A DNA stretch of 64,000 nucleotides from Calditrichaceae bacterium (GTDB taxonomy: Bacteria; Calditrichota; Calditrichia; Calditrichales; JBFXGD01), in NCBI GenBank assembly GCA_050173015.1, contig JBFXLE010000011.1:43718-107717 (forward strand), read 5' to 3'. Position 1 is the first letter of the stretch, and every line of letters starts with the position of its first letter. A model generated the notes under the pieces. The model saw nothing but the letters and a program-made list of their open reading frames with translations, was not told where the DNA came from and did no database searches. Made by a program: the position numbers and the translations under genes. Shown in pieces: positions 17,706-27,227 of the stretch.

Positions 17706-18254
17706 ATGAAAATATTAATCGGAGTAACTTCATCCATTGCCGCTTACAGAATTCCAAACCTTATTTCATCGTTAAAAAAGGAAGACCATGAGATCAAGGT
17801 GATAGTAAGCGAACACGCAAAAGCCTTTGTGGCGCCGCAGGCGATTGCCGTTATGAGTCAGAATCCATGTTTCACGGACCATGATGAGTGGAATAACACC
17901 AATCGTGTACTGCATATTGAACTGGCGAAATGGTGTGATGTTTTTCTGATAGCGCCCCTCTCAGCAAACACTCTGGCAAAAATATCAAATGGTCTGTGTG
18001 ATAATTTGCTGACTTCCGCGGTTAGGGCGTTGGGCGATAAAAAACTGGTCATCGCTCCGGCGATGAATACAAGAATGTGGGAAAACGGGTTCACAAAAAT
18101 TCATATCGATCTGCTCGGGCGGATTTACAATTTGGATATCATCGAACCGGTAAGCAAACGACTTGCCGACGGTGACGAGGGCATTGGCGGACTCGCGGAA
18201 GATGAAACAATCATTCAGGCGATTCGTTTATTGAGTAATTCAGCTAAACAGTAA
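17706..18254 (+). CDS. Stand-alone HFCD flavoprotein (PPC-decarboxylase/CoaC-like)
   Basis: GVTSSIAAY, HIELAKW, APLSANTLAK, APAMNTRMW; no CoaB domain. Confidence 0.85.
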   Translation: MKILIGVTSSIAAYRIPNLISSLKKEDHEIKVIVSEHAKAFVAPQAIAVMSQNPCFTDHDEWNNTNRVLHIELAKWCDVFLIAPLSANTLAKISNGLCDNLLTSAVRALGDKKLVIAPAMNTRMWENGFTKIHIDLLGRIYNLDIIEPVSKRLADGDEGIGGLAEDETIIQAIRLLSNSAKQ

Positions 18255-18351
18255 ATTTTGCAAATCAATTGCATTTTGAGACTTCGAAATATTTGATTCT
18301 AAAATCGACTTTTATGGTCTAAAAGAAATCAGGAAATCAGAAAGGGTACAG

Positions 18352-19905
18352 ATGAGACCGGTTTGTTTAATTGTTAGAGACGGTTGGGGGTATAATGAAA
18401 ATCCCAAAGGCAATGCGGTGATGGCCGCTCATACTCCCAACATTGATTCATATAAAAAGAATTATCCCTGGATGTTGATTAAAACATCCGGCGAAGCGGT
18501 AGGGTTACCGGAAGGTTTTCAGGGTTCCAGTGAAGTCGGACATCTTAATATGGGCGCCGGGAGGATAGTTGTTCAGGAGCTAAAAAGAATCGACGAGGGA
18601 TTTAGAGACGGTTCGATTTTCAGAACCGAAAAATGGACGGCGCTGATCGGGCAGTGGAAAGAGAATAAATCACAACTTCATTTAATGGGACTGCTGCAGG
18701 ATGAAGGAGTCCATGCCCATATGGATCATCTATTTAAGATTATCCGGCAGGCCCGTAGTGAGTACGCGGAAGGGAAAATCGTTATACATCCTTTTCTCGA
18801 TGGCAGGGATACCCCGCCAAGAAGCACGCTCGAGTATATCGCCAAACTGAAATTGGTAATGCAGGAGGCGGGAGGCTGCAAAATCGGTACCGTGATGGGA
18901 CGATACTACAGTATGGACCGTTCCAGGGACTGGAAACTGACGGATAAAGCCTATAACTGTATTGTCAATCTCGATGGCCGCGGGACGGAGACGGCTGAAG
19001 ACGCGGTGAGAGCCTCTTATGAAAATGATAAAACTCCGGATAATGTGGATATGTTTGATGAGTATATCCCACCTTATGTTGTCGCCGGATATGAAGGCGT
19101 GAAGGACGGAGATTGTGTTTTTCATACAAATTACCGTCAGGACCGCGCCATACAGCTTACCATGGCTTTCGTTGATGAGCGTTATCCCGGGAAACTGCAA
19201 AAAAAGGTCCGTGTCCGTTATCTTGGATTTACCCGTTATTATGATGAGTTTAAGGAATATCTCATGGGAGCGATGGGATCCGGCGGGGCCATGAATAAAC
19301 TTCTTGGGGAAGTGATTTCAGAAGCTGGTCTTAAACAGCTGCGCTTGTCCGAGACACAAAAATTTCGACATGTCACAAGCTTCTTTAACGGTAAGTTGAC
19401 AACACCTTATCCGGATGAAGACCAGGTTGAGATTAAAAGCGATATTGATCCCGCGGCATTTGCAAGTCACCCGCAGATGGAAGCGGCTGCTATTACCGAT
19501 GAGCTATTAAAAAGAGTTGAAAATAATCCATATGGTTTCATTCTGATCAATTATCCGAACGGCGATATGGTTGGCCATACAGGCGATTTTAACGCTGCAA
19601 AAAAAGCTGTTGAAATAGTAGATGAAAATATCGGTAAAGTAGTGAAAAGACTTCTGCAACTGGACGCCCATATTCTTATCACAGCCGATCACGGCAATTC
19701 GGAGCAGATGTTGGATTATGAAACCGGCATGATAAAAACAAGTCACACCACTTTTCCGGTGGAATTGATCTATATTGCCAAAGACGCGAATGTGTGGAAG
19801 CTCAAGGATGACGGAAAACTCGCGGATATAGCGCCAACTATTTTGACGTTGCTTGGTCTACCGATCCCAAAAGAAATGACAGCAGACGTGTTGATAAAAA
19901 AATAG
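18352..19905 (+). CDS. gpmI: 2,3-bisphosphoglycerate-independent phosphoglycerate mutase
   Basis: RDGWG, GSSEVGH, DGRDTPP, DMVGHTG, TADHGN. Confidence 0.95.
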   Translation: MRPVCLIVRDGWGYNENPKGNAVMAAHTPNIDSYKKNYPWMLIKTSGEAVGLPEGFQGSSEVGHLNMGAGRIVVQELKRIDEGFRDGSIFRTEKWTALIGQWKENKSQLHLMGLLQDEGVHAHMDHLFKIIRQARSEYAEGKIVIHPFLDGRDTPPRSTLEYIAKLKLVMQEAGGCKIGTVMGRYYSMDRSRDWKLTDKAYNCIVNLDGRGTETAEDAVRASYENDKTPDNVDMFDEYIPPYVVAGYEGVKDGDCVFHTNYRQDRAIQLTMAFVDERYPGKLQKKVRVRYLGFTRYYDEFKEYLMGAMGSGGAMNKLLGEVISEAGLKQLRLSETQKFRHVTSFFNGKLTTPYPDEDQVEIKSDIDPAAFASHPQMEAAAITDELLKRVENNPYGFILINYPNGDMVGHTGDFNAAKKAVEIVDENIGKVVKRLLQLDAHILITADHGNSEQMLDYETGMIKTSHTTFPVELIYIAKDANVWKLKDDGKLADIAPTILTLLGLPIPKEMTADVLIKK

Positions 19906-19930
19906 CCCGGTCGATGGTTTGGGAAAAATT

Positions 19931-21610
19931 GTCCACTGATTTCACGGATTACACAGATTACTTAGAAAAAAAATATATCAATTTAATTCTAATCCGTGAA
20001 AATTAGTGAAATCCGTGGACCATCTTGAAAGGCCATCGAAAAAGAAACAAGCCCGCGAATTACACGAATTACCACTAAAATGAAAAAAAGTAATTATTAA
20101 TTGGTGAAAATTAGTGAAATTAGTGGGCCATCTTAAAAAACCGCAAGAGAAGAAGAATTGTCCACAGATTGCACAGATTATTTAGAAAAATAACTATATA
20201 AATTTAATTCTAATCCGTGAAAATCGGTGAAATCCGTGGACCATCTTGAAAGGCCATCGAAAAAGAAACAAGCCCGCGAATTACACGAATTACCACTAAA
20301 ATGAAAAAAAGTAATTATTAATTGGTGAAAATTAGTGAAATTAGTGGGCCATCTTAAAAAACCGCAAGAGAAGAAGAATTGTCCACAGATTGCACAGATT
20401 ATTTAGAAAAATAACTATATAAATTTAATTCTAATCCGTGAAAATCGGTGAAATCCGTGGACCATCTTGAAAGGCCATCGAAAAAGAAACAAGCCCGCGA
20501 ATTACACGAATTACCACTAAAATGAAAAAAAGTAATTATTAATTGGTGAAAATTAGTGAAATTAGTGGGCTATCTTAAAAAGCCGCAAGAGAAGAAGATT
20601 GTCCACAGATTGCACGGATTACACAGATTATTTAGAAAAATAACTATATAAATTTAATTCTAATCCGTGAAAATCGGTGAAATTCGTGGACCATCTTGAA
20701 GGGCCATCTAAAAAGAAACAAGCCCGCGAATTACACGAATTACCACTAAAATGAAAAAAAGTAATTATTAATTGGTGAAAATTAGTGAAATTAGTGGGCT
20801 ATCTTAAAAAGCCGCAAGAGAAGAAGATTGTCCACAGATTGCACGGATTACACAGATTATTTAGAAAAATAACTATATAAATTTAATTCTAATCCGTGAA
20901 AATCGGTGAAATTCGTGGACCATCTTGAAGGGCCATCTAAAAAGAAACAAGCCCGCGAATTACACGAATTACCACTAAAATGAAAAAAAGTAATTATTAA
21001 TTGGTGAAAATTAGTGAAATTAGTGGGCTATCTTAAAAAGCCGCAAGAGAAGAAGAAATGTCCACAGATTGCACGGATTACACAGATTATTTAGAAAAAT
21101 AACTATATAAATTTAATTCTAATCCGTGAAAATCGGTGAAATCCGTGGACCATCTTGAAAGGCCATCGAAAAAGAAACAAGCCCGCGAATTACACGAATT
21201 ACCACTAAAATGAAAAAAAGTAATTATTAATTGGTGAAAATTAGTGAAATTAGTGGGCTATCTTAAAAAGCCGCAAGAGAAGAAGATTGTCCACAGATTG
21301 CACGGATTACACAGATTATTTAGAAAAATAACTATATAAATTTAATTCTAATCCGTGAAAATCAGTGAAATTCGTGGACCATCTTGAAAGGCCATCGAAA
21401 AAGAAACAAGCCCGCGAATTACGCGAATTACCACTAAAATGAAAAAAAGTAATTATTAATTGGTGAAAATTAGTGAAATTAGTGGGCTATCTTAAAAAGC
21501 CGCAAGAGAAAAAGAATTGTCCTCAGATTGCACGGATTACACAGATTGTTTAGAAAAAAAATATATATAAAATTAATTCTAATCCGTGAAAATCAGTGAA
21601 ATTCGTGGAC
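19931..21610. repeat. Tandem array of 220-230-bp units, each with two long imperfect hairpins (8 type A, 7 type B); REP/BIME-like
   Basis: A hairpins (GTCCAC...GTGGAC) start at 19931, 20160, 20381, 20601, 20830, 21060, 21289, 21519; B hairpins (GCCCGCG...GTGGGC) start at 20051, 20272, 20493, 20722, 20951, 21181, 21410. Confidence 0.97.
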
Positions 21611-21623
21611 GATCTTTGCTTTT

Positions 21624-23090
21624 CTATGGCAATTTTGCCAGTTCGATGATCAGATTTTTATGCATCTGATTCAAATTGGCAAGGGATCCGCTGTAATTAT
21701 TAGCAATAATGGAAAAGGCAATCAACCGCCCCGTCCTGCTTTGCACATAACCGGACAGACTGCGCACCCGGGCGAGTGTGCCTGATTTTAATCTGGCATT
21801 ATTTGCGAGAATGGTGTTGGATCCGAATGAACTAAATGAAGCCGGGTCGGCAGGATCTCCCGCAATGCCGAGTGAGTTGTAAAAATAGTCGAAGTATGGA
21901 TGAGAAGTCATATTTACAAGCAATTGGGTTATGGATTCGGTCGTAATACTGTTTTCCCTGGAAAGACCGGAGCCGTCATACAGATGCATGCCGTCCGTTG
22001 ATATTTTGTTGTTTTCACAAAAATTATAAAGAGAATGGATACCTTGTTTGATTGATGAGTTTCCGGTTTTTTCAAGAGCGATCAGGCGCAGGAGCTGCTC
22101 GGCGTAGAGATTCATACTGCGTTTATTTGTGTAATATACGATTTCCTTTATGGGTGATGACATCGTTTTGTGTATTAATTTTGCAGAATTATAGCTTATG
22201 GTCTGATTCTGTTTTTTCGGAATTCCGCTTATGGCTATACCCATCTTTTTAAGTTGATCGGAAAAATATTGGGCAGTGAACAAAGCGGGGTCAGGGATCG
22301 AACCCTTAATGGCGAACTCACTCACACCCGCGGGAACGGTTCCCCGCAGAGTTGCCGTATATTGCCCGGGAGCGCAATATATATAACCGCGATCACCGGA
22401 GCCTCTGCGTCCGGTTAACATATGATTGTCGAAGCTGAGTCCGGGAATAACCGGTTCTGTTCTAAGTGTGTTGGCGGGTTGACCGTTGAATTTGCCCGGT
22501 TTGAAATAAAGAAAATAAAGATTGTCATGGATTGATAAAGCATTGGTGCCTGCGCCGTAGTAATTTCCAATATCACCCCAGGTCCAGTTATCGGGTACGG
22601 CGTTACCGCTAAAAAGCAAATCATCAGCGATAATCGCGCCGCGGATTTCCCTGATGCCCTTTTTCCCGACAGCAACAGCCCACTCAGCCATCAGATTATT
22701 TAGCGAAGCGGAACTGTCTATTCTGTCCGAGCCGAGTGCCGGATCTCCTCCGCCTTTAATGTAGATATTTCCGGTTAGAATACCATCAGGTCCTATATTT
22801 CCGTCATAATAGAGGTGTGTTTCGATTCGATGATCAGGGCCGAGCAGATCCAGAGCGGCCGCGGTGGTTAGTAATTTTAGGCCCGAAGCTGGGGCCAGAC
22901 TGGCGTTGCCGTTAAAATCGATAATAACTTCAGAATTATCCGTGTATTGAGCATAAATACTCCATTGCGCATGACGGAGGCTGTAATAATTCTGATAAGA
23001 GTCAATCAGTTTTTGGAGCTGGTTTTGCGCAAAGAGCAGTGCGGGTATTATCAATATTAATATCAAAGTCGTTATTATTCTATTTCGCAT
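21624..23090 (-). CDS. dacB: D-Ala-D-Ala carboxypeptidase/endopeptidase PBP4 (peptidase S13)
   Basis: PASGLK (SxxK), SMN, DGSGLSR, KSGT. Confidence 0.93.
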   Translation of the reverse strand: MRNRIITTLILILIIPALLFAQNQLQKLIDSYQNYYSLRHAQWSIYAQYTDNSEVIIDFNGNASLAPASGLKLLTTAAALDLLGPDHRIETHLYYDGNIGPDGILTGNIYIKGGGDPALGSDRIDSSASLNNLMAEWAVAVGKKGIREIRGAIIADDLLFSGNAVPDNWTWGDIGNYYGAGTNALSIHDNLYFLYFKPGKFNGQPANTLRTEPVIPGLSFDNHMLTGRRGSGDRGYIYCAPGQYTATLRGTVPAGVSEFAIKGSIPDPALFTAQYFSDQLKKMGIAISGIPKKQNQTISYNSAKLIHKTMSSPIKEIVYYTNKRSMNLYAEQLLRLIALEKTGNSSIKQGIHSLYNFCENNKISTDGMHLYDGSGLSRENSITTESITQLLVNMTSHPYFDYFYNSLGIAGDPADPASFSSFGSNTILANNARLKSGTLARVRSLSGYVQSRTGRLIAFSIIANNYSGSLANLNQMHKNLIIELAKLP

Positions 23091-23156
23091 AATCGGGTTC
23101 CGGAATTTATAATTGAAAAAAGGTTCAGATCTGAATTTTAATCGCGCTGATTTGAT

Positions 23157-24299
23157 CTAATCCATAAAAATAAATTTTATATTCCTCTTTTCCAGCTCTT
23201 CCATAAATGTCATTGTCGGAACGGAAATCTCCTGTTTAAGTACTCCATGATCTTTGATTTGACCTGATAAGAGCATCTGAAGAACGATGGCAGCCGGAAA
23301 AGCGGTGGTGCGCATCATAGCAGACAAGCCTGAAGACGGATCACCGTATTCAATCGCCTGATATTGGATGATTTTATTGCTGCCCGCTTTTTGTCCCTTT
23401 GCGGTAACCCGGATGAGTACAACATCATCATCCTCATGGGTGAGAGCTGCTCCCAGCAACTTTTCAAAAATATCCCGCGTTTTGTACTTCCGTCCATCCA
23501 GGTCCAGTTCGGCTGTCCCGGTAAATCCGAGATCAATCATTGCCTTCATAATGTGGGCATGTCCGGGATAGCGGATGGTCTTGTAGTCAAGACGCTTGAT
23601 TTTTCCCTCATATGTCTGAGGCAGCGTTGACGTTCCGCCCGATGTATAGAAAGCTTCGAGCAGACCGAAAGGTTTTGGGAATTCAAGTTCTTCAACATCG
23701 GTCATGCTCGGGACTGTCCTGATTTCCCCGTCTTCGATAATCACCGCCGGTTCGATATATTCATTGATAAGGCCGTGGACAGAAAATACAAGCATATAAT
23801 TCAATGGTGGTTTGGGATTAACCGGGAGGCCTCCGACGCGGATTTTTACAGAATCTATTCTCGCGAGTTCGCTGATCGCATGGGCAGTAACAATAGACAC
23901 CATCCCAGGGGCAAGACCGCAGTCCGGTACAATGCCGATCCCTTTGGCTTTAGCCTTATCATGCAGGCCGAACTGTTTTTCGACGACAGAATTATTGCCG
24001 CCCAGATCGACAAAATGAGTCGCGGTATCGACGGCTAACTGCGAAAGTCCGAAATTGAAATCATATGGCACGGCGCTCACGGCACCGTCTGCCTGTTCGA
24101 AGAGCGGGCGAAGGATCGCATAATCATCCGCGCCTGCCAGCGTTGTTCGAATCCGGCTGTCTTTGTATTTTTTTTCAATAATATCCAAGGCGTCTTTGGA
24201 TTGATCCACTATCCATATATCGGTAATATTACGATTATTTAAAAAATCAAAGACAAGGCCGCGCGCCATTTTTCCGGCCCCAAGAACAATAACTTTCAT
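23157..24299 (-). CDS. Saccharopine dehydrogenase / lysine 6-dehydrogenase family protein
   Basis: GAGKM Rossmann motif, DCGLAPG, KTIRYPGH, AMMRTT. Confidence 0.88.
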   Translation of the reverse strand: MKVIVLGAGKMARGLVFDFLNNRNITDIWIVDQSKDALDIIEKKYKDSRIRTTLAGADDYAILRPLFEQADGAVSAVPYDFNFGLSQLAVDTATHFVDLGGNNSVVEKQFGLHDKAKAKGIGIVPDCGLAPGMVSIVTAHAISELARIDSVKIRVGGLPVNPKPPLNYMLVFSVHGLINEYIEPAVIIEDGEIRTVPSMTDVEELEFPKPFGLLEAFYTSGGTSTLPQTYEGKIKRLDYKTIRYPGHAHIMKAMIDLGFTGTAELDLDGRKYKTRDIFEKLLGAALTHEDDDVVLIRVTAKGQKAGSNKIIQYQAIEYGDPSSGLSAMMRTTAFPAAIVLQMLLSGQIKDHGVLKQEISVPTMTFMEELEKRNIKFIFMD

Positions 24300-24416
24300 T
24301 TAAAATCTCCATTTTTTTAACTTTTACTCATAAGCTAAGAACTGAAATTAAGAAAATAAATACTTGATGAAAATTTAGCTTTCCGTATCCCGGTTACCCA
24401 TTGAACATTTTTTTTA

Positions 24417-24992
24417 TTACGTCCACTTCTGAACGGCCTCCGGTGGTACATAAGAAGAAAAATAATCAAAAATTTCTTCTACGGATTCACTGACAAAATA
24501 AAGATCGCGATAGGCGTTTTTGGAAAAATTCAGATTGTAGAATCTATCAAACTGATCAAGCAAGCAGTCATAAAAATTACGGGTATTGAGAATCGCGACC
24601 GGTTTATTATGCAGTCCAAGCTGTTTTGCGGTAATAATTTCCATCAGCTCTTCGAGGGTGCCGAATCCTCCCGGGAGGGCGATAAACGCATCCGAAAGTT
24701 CCTCCATTTTTGCCTTTCTGGAACGCATATCTTTTGTAATGTAAAATTGACTGGCGTTTGTATATTGAACACCTTTATTGACGAGGACCTCCGGCATTAC
24801 ACCAATAACATTTTTGTTTCCGTCCAAAATGACATCGGCCAGGTGACGCATCAAACCGACATTGGCTCCGCCGAATACGAGTTCCTTATCATGTTTTACA
24901 AACGCCTTCCCCAGCTCCACAGCGGAAATGATGAATTGCGAATCGATTGTATTGCTTGAAGACGCGAAAACGGCGATGCGGTTGAGAACCAT
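24417..24992 (-). CDS. LOG-family nucleotide phosphoribohydrolase (TIGR00730-like)
   Basis: GGANVGLM, PGGFGTLEE; ATG at 24992 follows GAAAGGGA. Confidence 0.9.
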   Translation of the reverse strand: MVLNRIAVFASSSNTIDSQFIISAVELGKAFVKHDKELVFGGANVGLMRHLADVILDGNKNVIGVMPEVLVNKGVQYTNASQFYITKDMRSRKAKMEELSDAFIALPGGFGTLEELMEIITAKQLGLHNKPVAILNTRNFYDCLLDQFDRFYNLNFSKNAYRDLYFVSESVEEIFDYFSSYVPPEAVQKWT

Positions 24993-25230
24993 GGACTTCC
25001 CTTTCTGTGAGATTGGATGTCCGGTAAATTTAAGATGTTTTGACCTGACCGACAACCCTAAATAAGTTACCCGATCAATCCATCCTCTGTCAAATTGGAT
25101 GAAGGCGCGCAATATTGGCGTATATATCTGACAGAACGACCGACGATTGATGTTGTGAAATTGTATTTATAATTTTCTCATTTTATATAAATATAGAAAA
25201 AATAATATGATATGAGAATAAAAAAGGTTT

Positions 25231-25245
25231 TGGCACGATGATTGT
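25231..25245 (+). promoter_or_regulatory. Candidate sigma-54 (-24/-12) promoter of hsp20
   Basis: TGGCAC-GATGA-TTGT versus consensus TGGCAC-N5-TTGC. Confidence 0.5.
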
Positions 25246-25295
25246 TTTATTTGTAAGCAAAGATCATGTAACAATAAAAAATAGGAGGATTTAAA

Positions 25296-25739
25296 ATGAC
25301 TATAGTAAGATGGGCCCCAAAAAGAGGGATGATGAATTTGAAAGATGATATGGATCGCATGTTTGAAGATTTCTTTGGATCTGATGTAAGTCCGGTTGAA
25401 AATTACAACAGCGTTACGCCGATTGTAAATGTTGAGGAAACCGAAAATGACTTTATGGTTTCCGCTGAACTGCCCGGGATGACAAAGGATGATATTAAAA
25501 TTACTTTTCAGAATAACAGCCTGACCATCAGCGGTGAAAAGAAATCAGAAAAGGATTTCAAAGATGCCAATTATCATCGCTACGAGCGTCGTTACGGTAA
25601 ATTTTGCCGTTCGATATCCATACCCAGTTCGATCGTCGCGGACAAAATTGAAGCAGATTACAAAAATGGTGTTCTAATGGTTAATTTACCGAAAGCGGAA
25701 GAAGTTAAACCAAAGTTAATCGACATCAAAGTGAAGTAA
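25296..25739 (+). CDS. Hsp20/alpha-crystallin small heat-shock protein
   Basis: AELPG, ERRYGKFCRS, ADYKNGVL; AGGAGG RBS. Confidence 0.95.
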   Translation: MTIVRWAPKRGMMNLKDDMDRMFEDFFGSDVSPVENYNSVTPIVNVEETENDFMVSAELPGMTKDDIKITFQNNSLTISGEKKSEKDFKDANYHRYERRYGKFCRSISIPSSIVADKIEADYKNGVLMVNLPKAEEVKPKLIDIKVK

Positions 25740-25754
25740 GAGTCACGCATCCGG

Positions 25755-25781
25755 AAAAGCAGGCTTCGGCCTGCTTTTTTT
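25755..25781 (+). terminator. Rho-independent terminator
   Basis: AAAAGCAGGC-TTCG-GCCTGCTTTT followed by a T-run. Confidence 0.9.
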
Positions 25782-25886
25782 ATTTTAGCGGGATCAAATA
25801 AATGATGCTCAAAGTTTAGAGATATAATTCATGTGATGCGGATGGTGTCACAGGCGATCAGGATATTGAACTAAGGATAATTGAAT

Positions 25887-27197
25887 ATGTCACATCATGT
25901 CGTCATTATCGGCGGAGGATTTGCAGGTTTATATGCCGCGAGATCTCTCGGCAAAGCCGGGGTAAAAGTAACACTGGTCGACAGAAGAAATTTTCATTTG
26001 TTTCAGCCGTTGTTATATCAGGTAGCGACAGGAGGTTTGTCACCGGGTGATATTGCATCGCCATTGAGAGGAGTTCTTAACCGCCATAAAAATGTTGAGG
26101 TTTTGATTGGTGATATGAAGGGTCTTGATGCTAAGACCAGAACTGTCATACTTGAAAACGGGTTTATAAGTTACGATACACTCATTCTGGCCACCGGGGT
26201 GAAACATCATTATTTCGGGCGGGATGATTGGGCCGAAACTGCCCCGGGACTCAAAACGGTTGAGGACGCGATAGATATAAGACACCGCGTCATGTTTGCG
26301 TTCGAAGCGGCTGAATTGGAAACAAATCCGGTAGCGCGGAAGCAATGGCTAACATTTGTCATTGTAGGCGGGGGGCCTACAGGTGTTGAACTTGCCGGCA
26401 GCCTGGGGGAATTGGCTCATTTTACATTAAAAAATGATTTCAGACGGATTAATCCCGAGGAGGCGAAGATTGTGTTGCTGGAAGGGACAGATCGTTTGCT
26501 GCCCACGTTTCCGGAACAATTATCAGCCACCGCCGAGAGGGCGTTAACAAAACTGGGTGTCACGGTACAAACCCGAACGCTTCTGACAGAATTAAACGGG
26601 ACTCAGCTCTCGCTTAAAAGCGAAAACGGTGATGAAAAAATCGATGCAAAAACAGTATTGTGGGCGGCCGGTGTAAAAGCGTCATCCATCGGTCAAATTG
26701 TATCCGATTCAACCGGAGTTGCACTTGATAAAGCAGGAAGAGTAAATGTTGAGCCTGATTTAACGGTTCCGAATCACCCGGAAATCCTAATCGCGGGAGA
26801 TCTGGCGAATCTGGATGACGGTAAGGGAAAAAGTCTGCCGGGAGTAGCGCCCGTGGCGATTCAGCAGGGACGGTATGTGGCCGATATAATTAAGAATCGC
26901 CTAAAAGGAATAGAATCAAAGCCGTTTCGGTATCGTGACAAAGGAAGCCTCGCGGTAATCGGGCGAAATTGCGCGGTCGCGTATTTTGGTAGATTTAAAT
27001 TTTCAGGATTTTCCGCATGGATATTATGGGTATTTGTGCATATCGGCTATTTGATTGAATTTGATAATAAGATTATTGTTATGTTCGAATGGGCCTGGAA
27101 TTATCTCACACGAAACAGGGGCGCGAGATTGATTACAGGCGCTGAAGTTCAAGATCAAAATATAAAGAAGGAAAAAGAAAAGGAGTTAATCGCTTAA
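25887..27197 (+). CDS. ndh: Type II NADH:quinone oxidoreductase
   Basis: GGGFAG, FQPLLYQVATG, GGGPTGVE, WAAGV, APVAIQQG. Confidence 0.92.
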   Translation: MSHHVVIIGGGFAGLYAARSLGKAGVKVTLVDRRNFHLFQPLLYQVATGGLSPGDIASPLRGVLNRHKNVEVLIGDMKGLDAKTRTVILENGFISYDTLILATGVKHHYFGRDDWAETAPGLKTVEDAIDIRHRVMFAFEAAELETNPVARKQWLTFVIVGGGPTGVELAGSLGELAHFTLKNDFRRINPEEAKIVLLEGTDRLLPTFPEQLSATAERALTKLGVTVQTRTLLTELNGTQLSLKSENGDEKIDAKTVLWAAGVKASSIGQIVSDSTGVALDKAGRVNVEPDLTVPNHPEILIAGDLANLDDGKGKSLPGVAPVAIQQGRYVADIIKNRLKGIESKPFRYRDKGSLAVIGRNCAVAYFGRFKFSGFSAWILWVFVHIGYLIEFDNKIIVMFEWAWNYLTRNRGARLITGAEVQDQNIKKEKEKELIA

Positions 27198-27227
27198 AAA
27201 TTTTCAGGCGATCAACTCCTGATTTTG

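Noticed and set aside
19931-21610. CRISPR array
   Set aside because: Units are 220-230 bp, the intervening sequences are near-identical rather than unique spacers, and no cas genes are in the window
24993-25112. N-terminal extension of the LOG ORF, or a riboswitch in this leader
   Set aside because: A good RBS precedes ATG 24992; only a weak hairpin is present and no riboswitch consensus was recognised
25832-25852. CRP/FNR-type site upstream of ndh (TGTGA...TCACA)
   Set aside because: The spacer is 11 nt rather than 6
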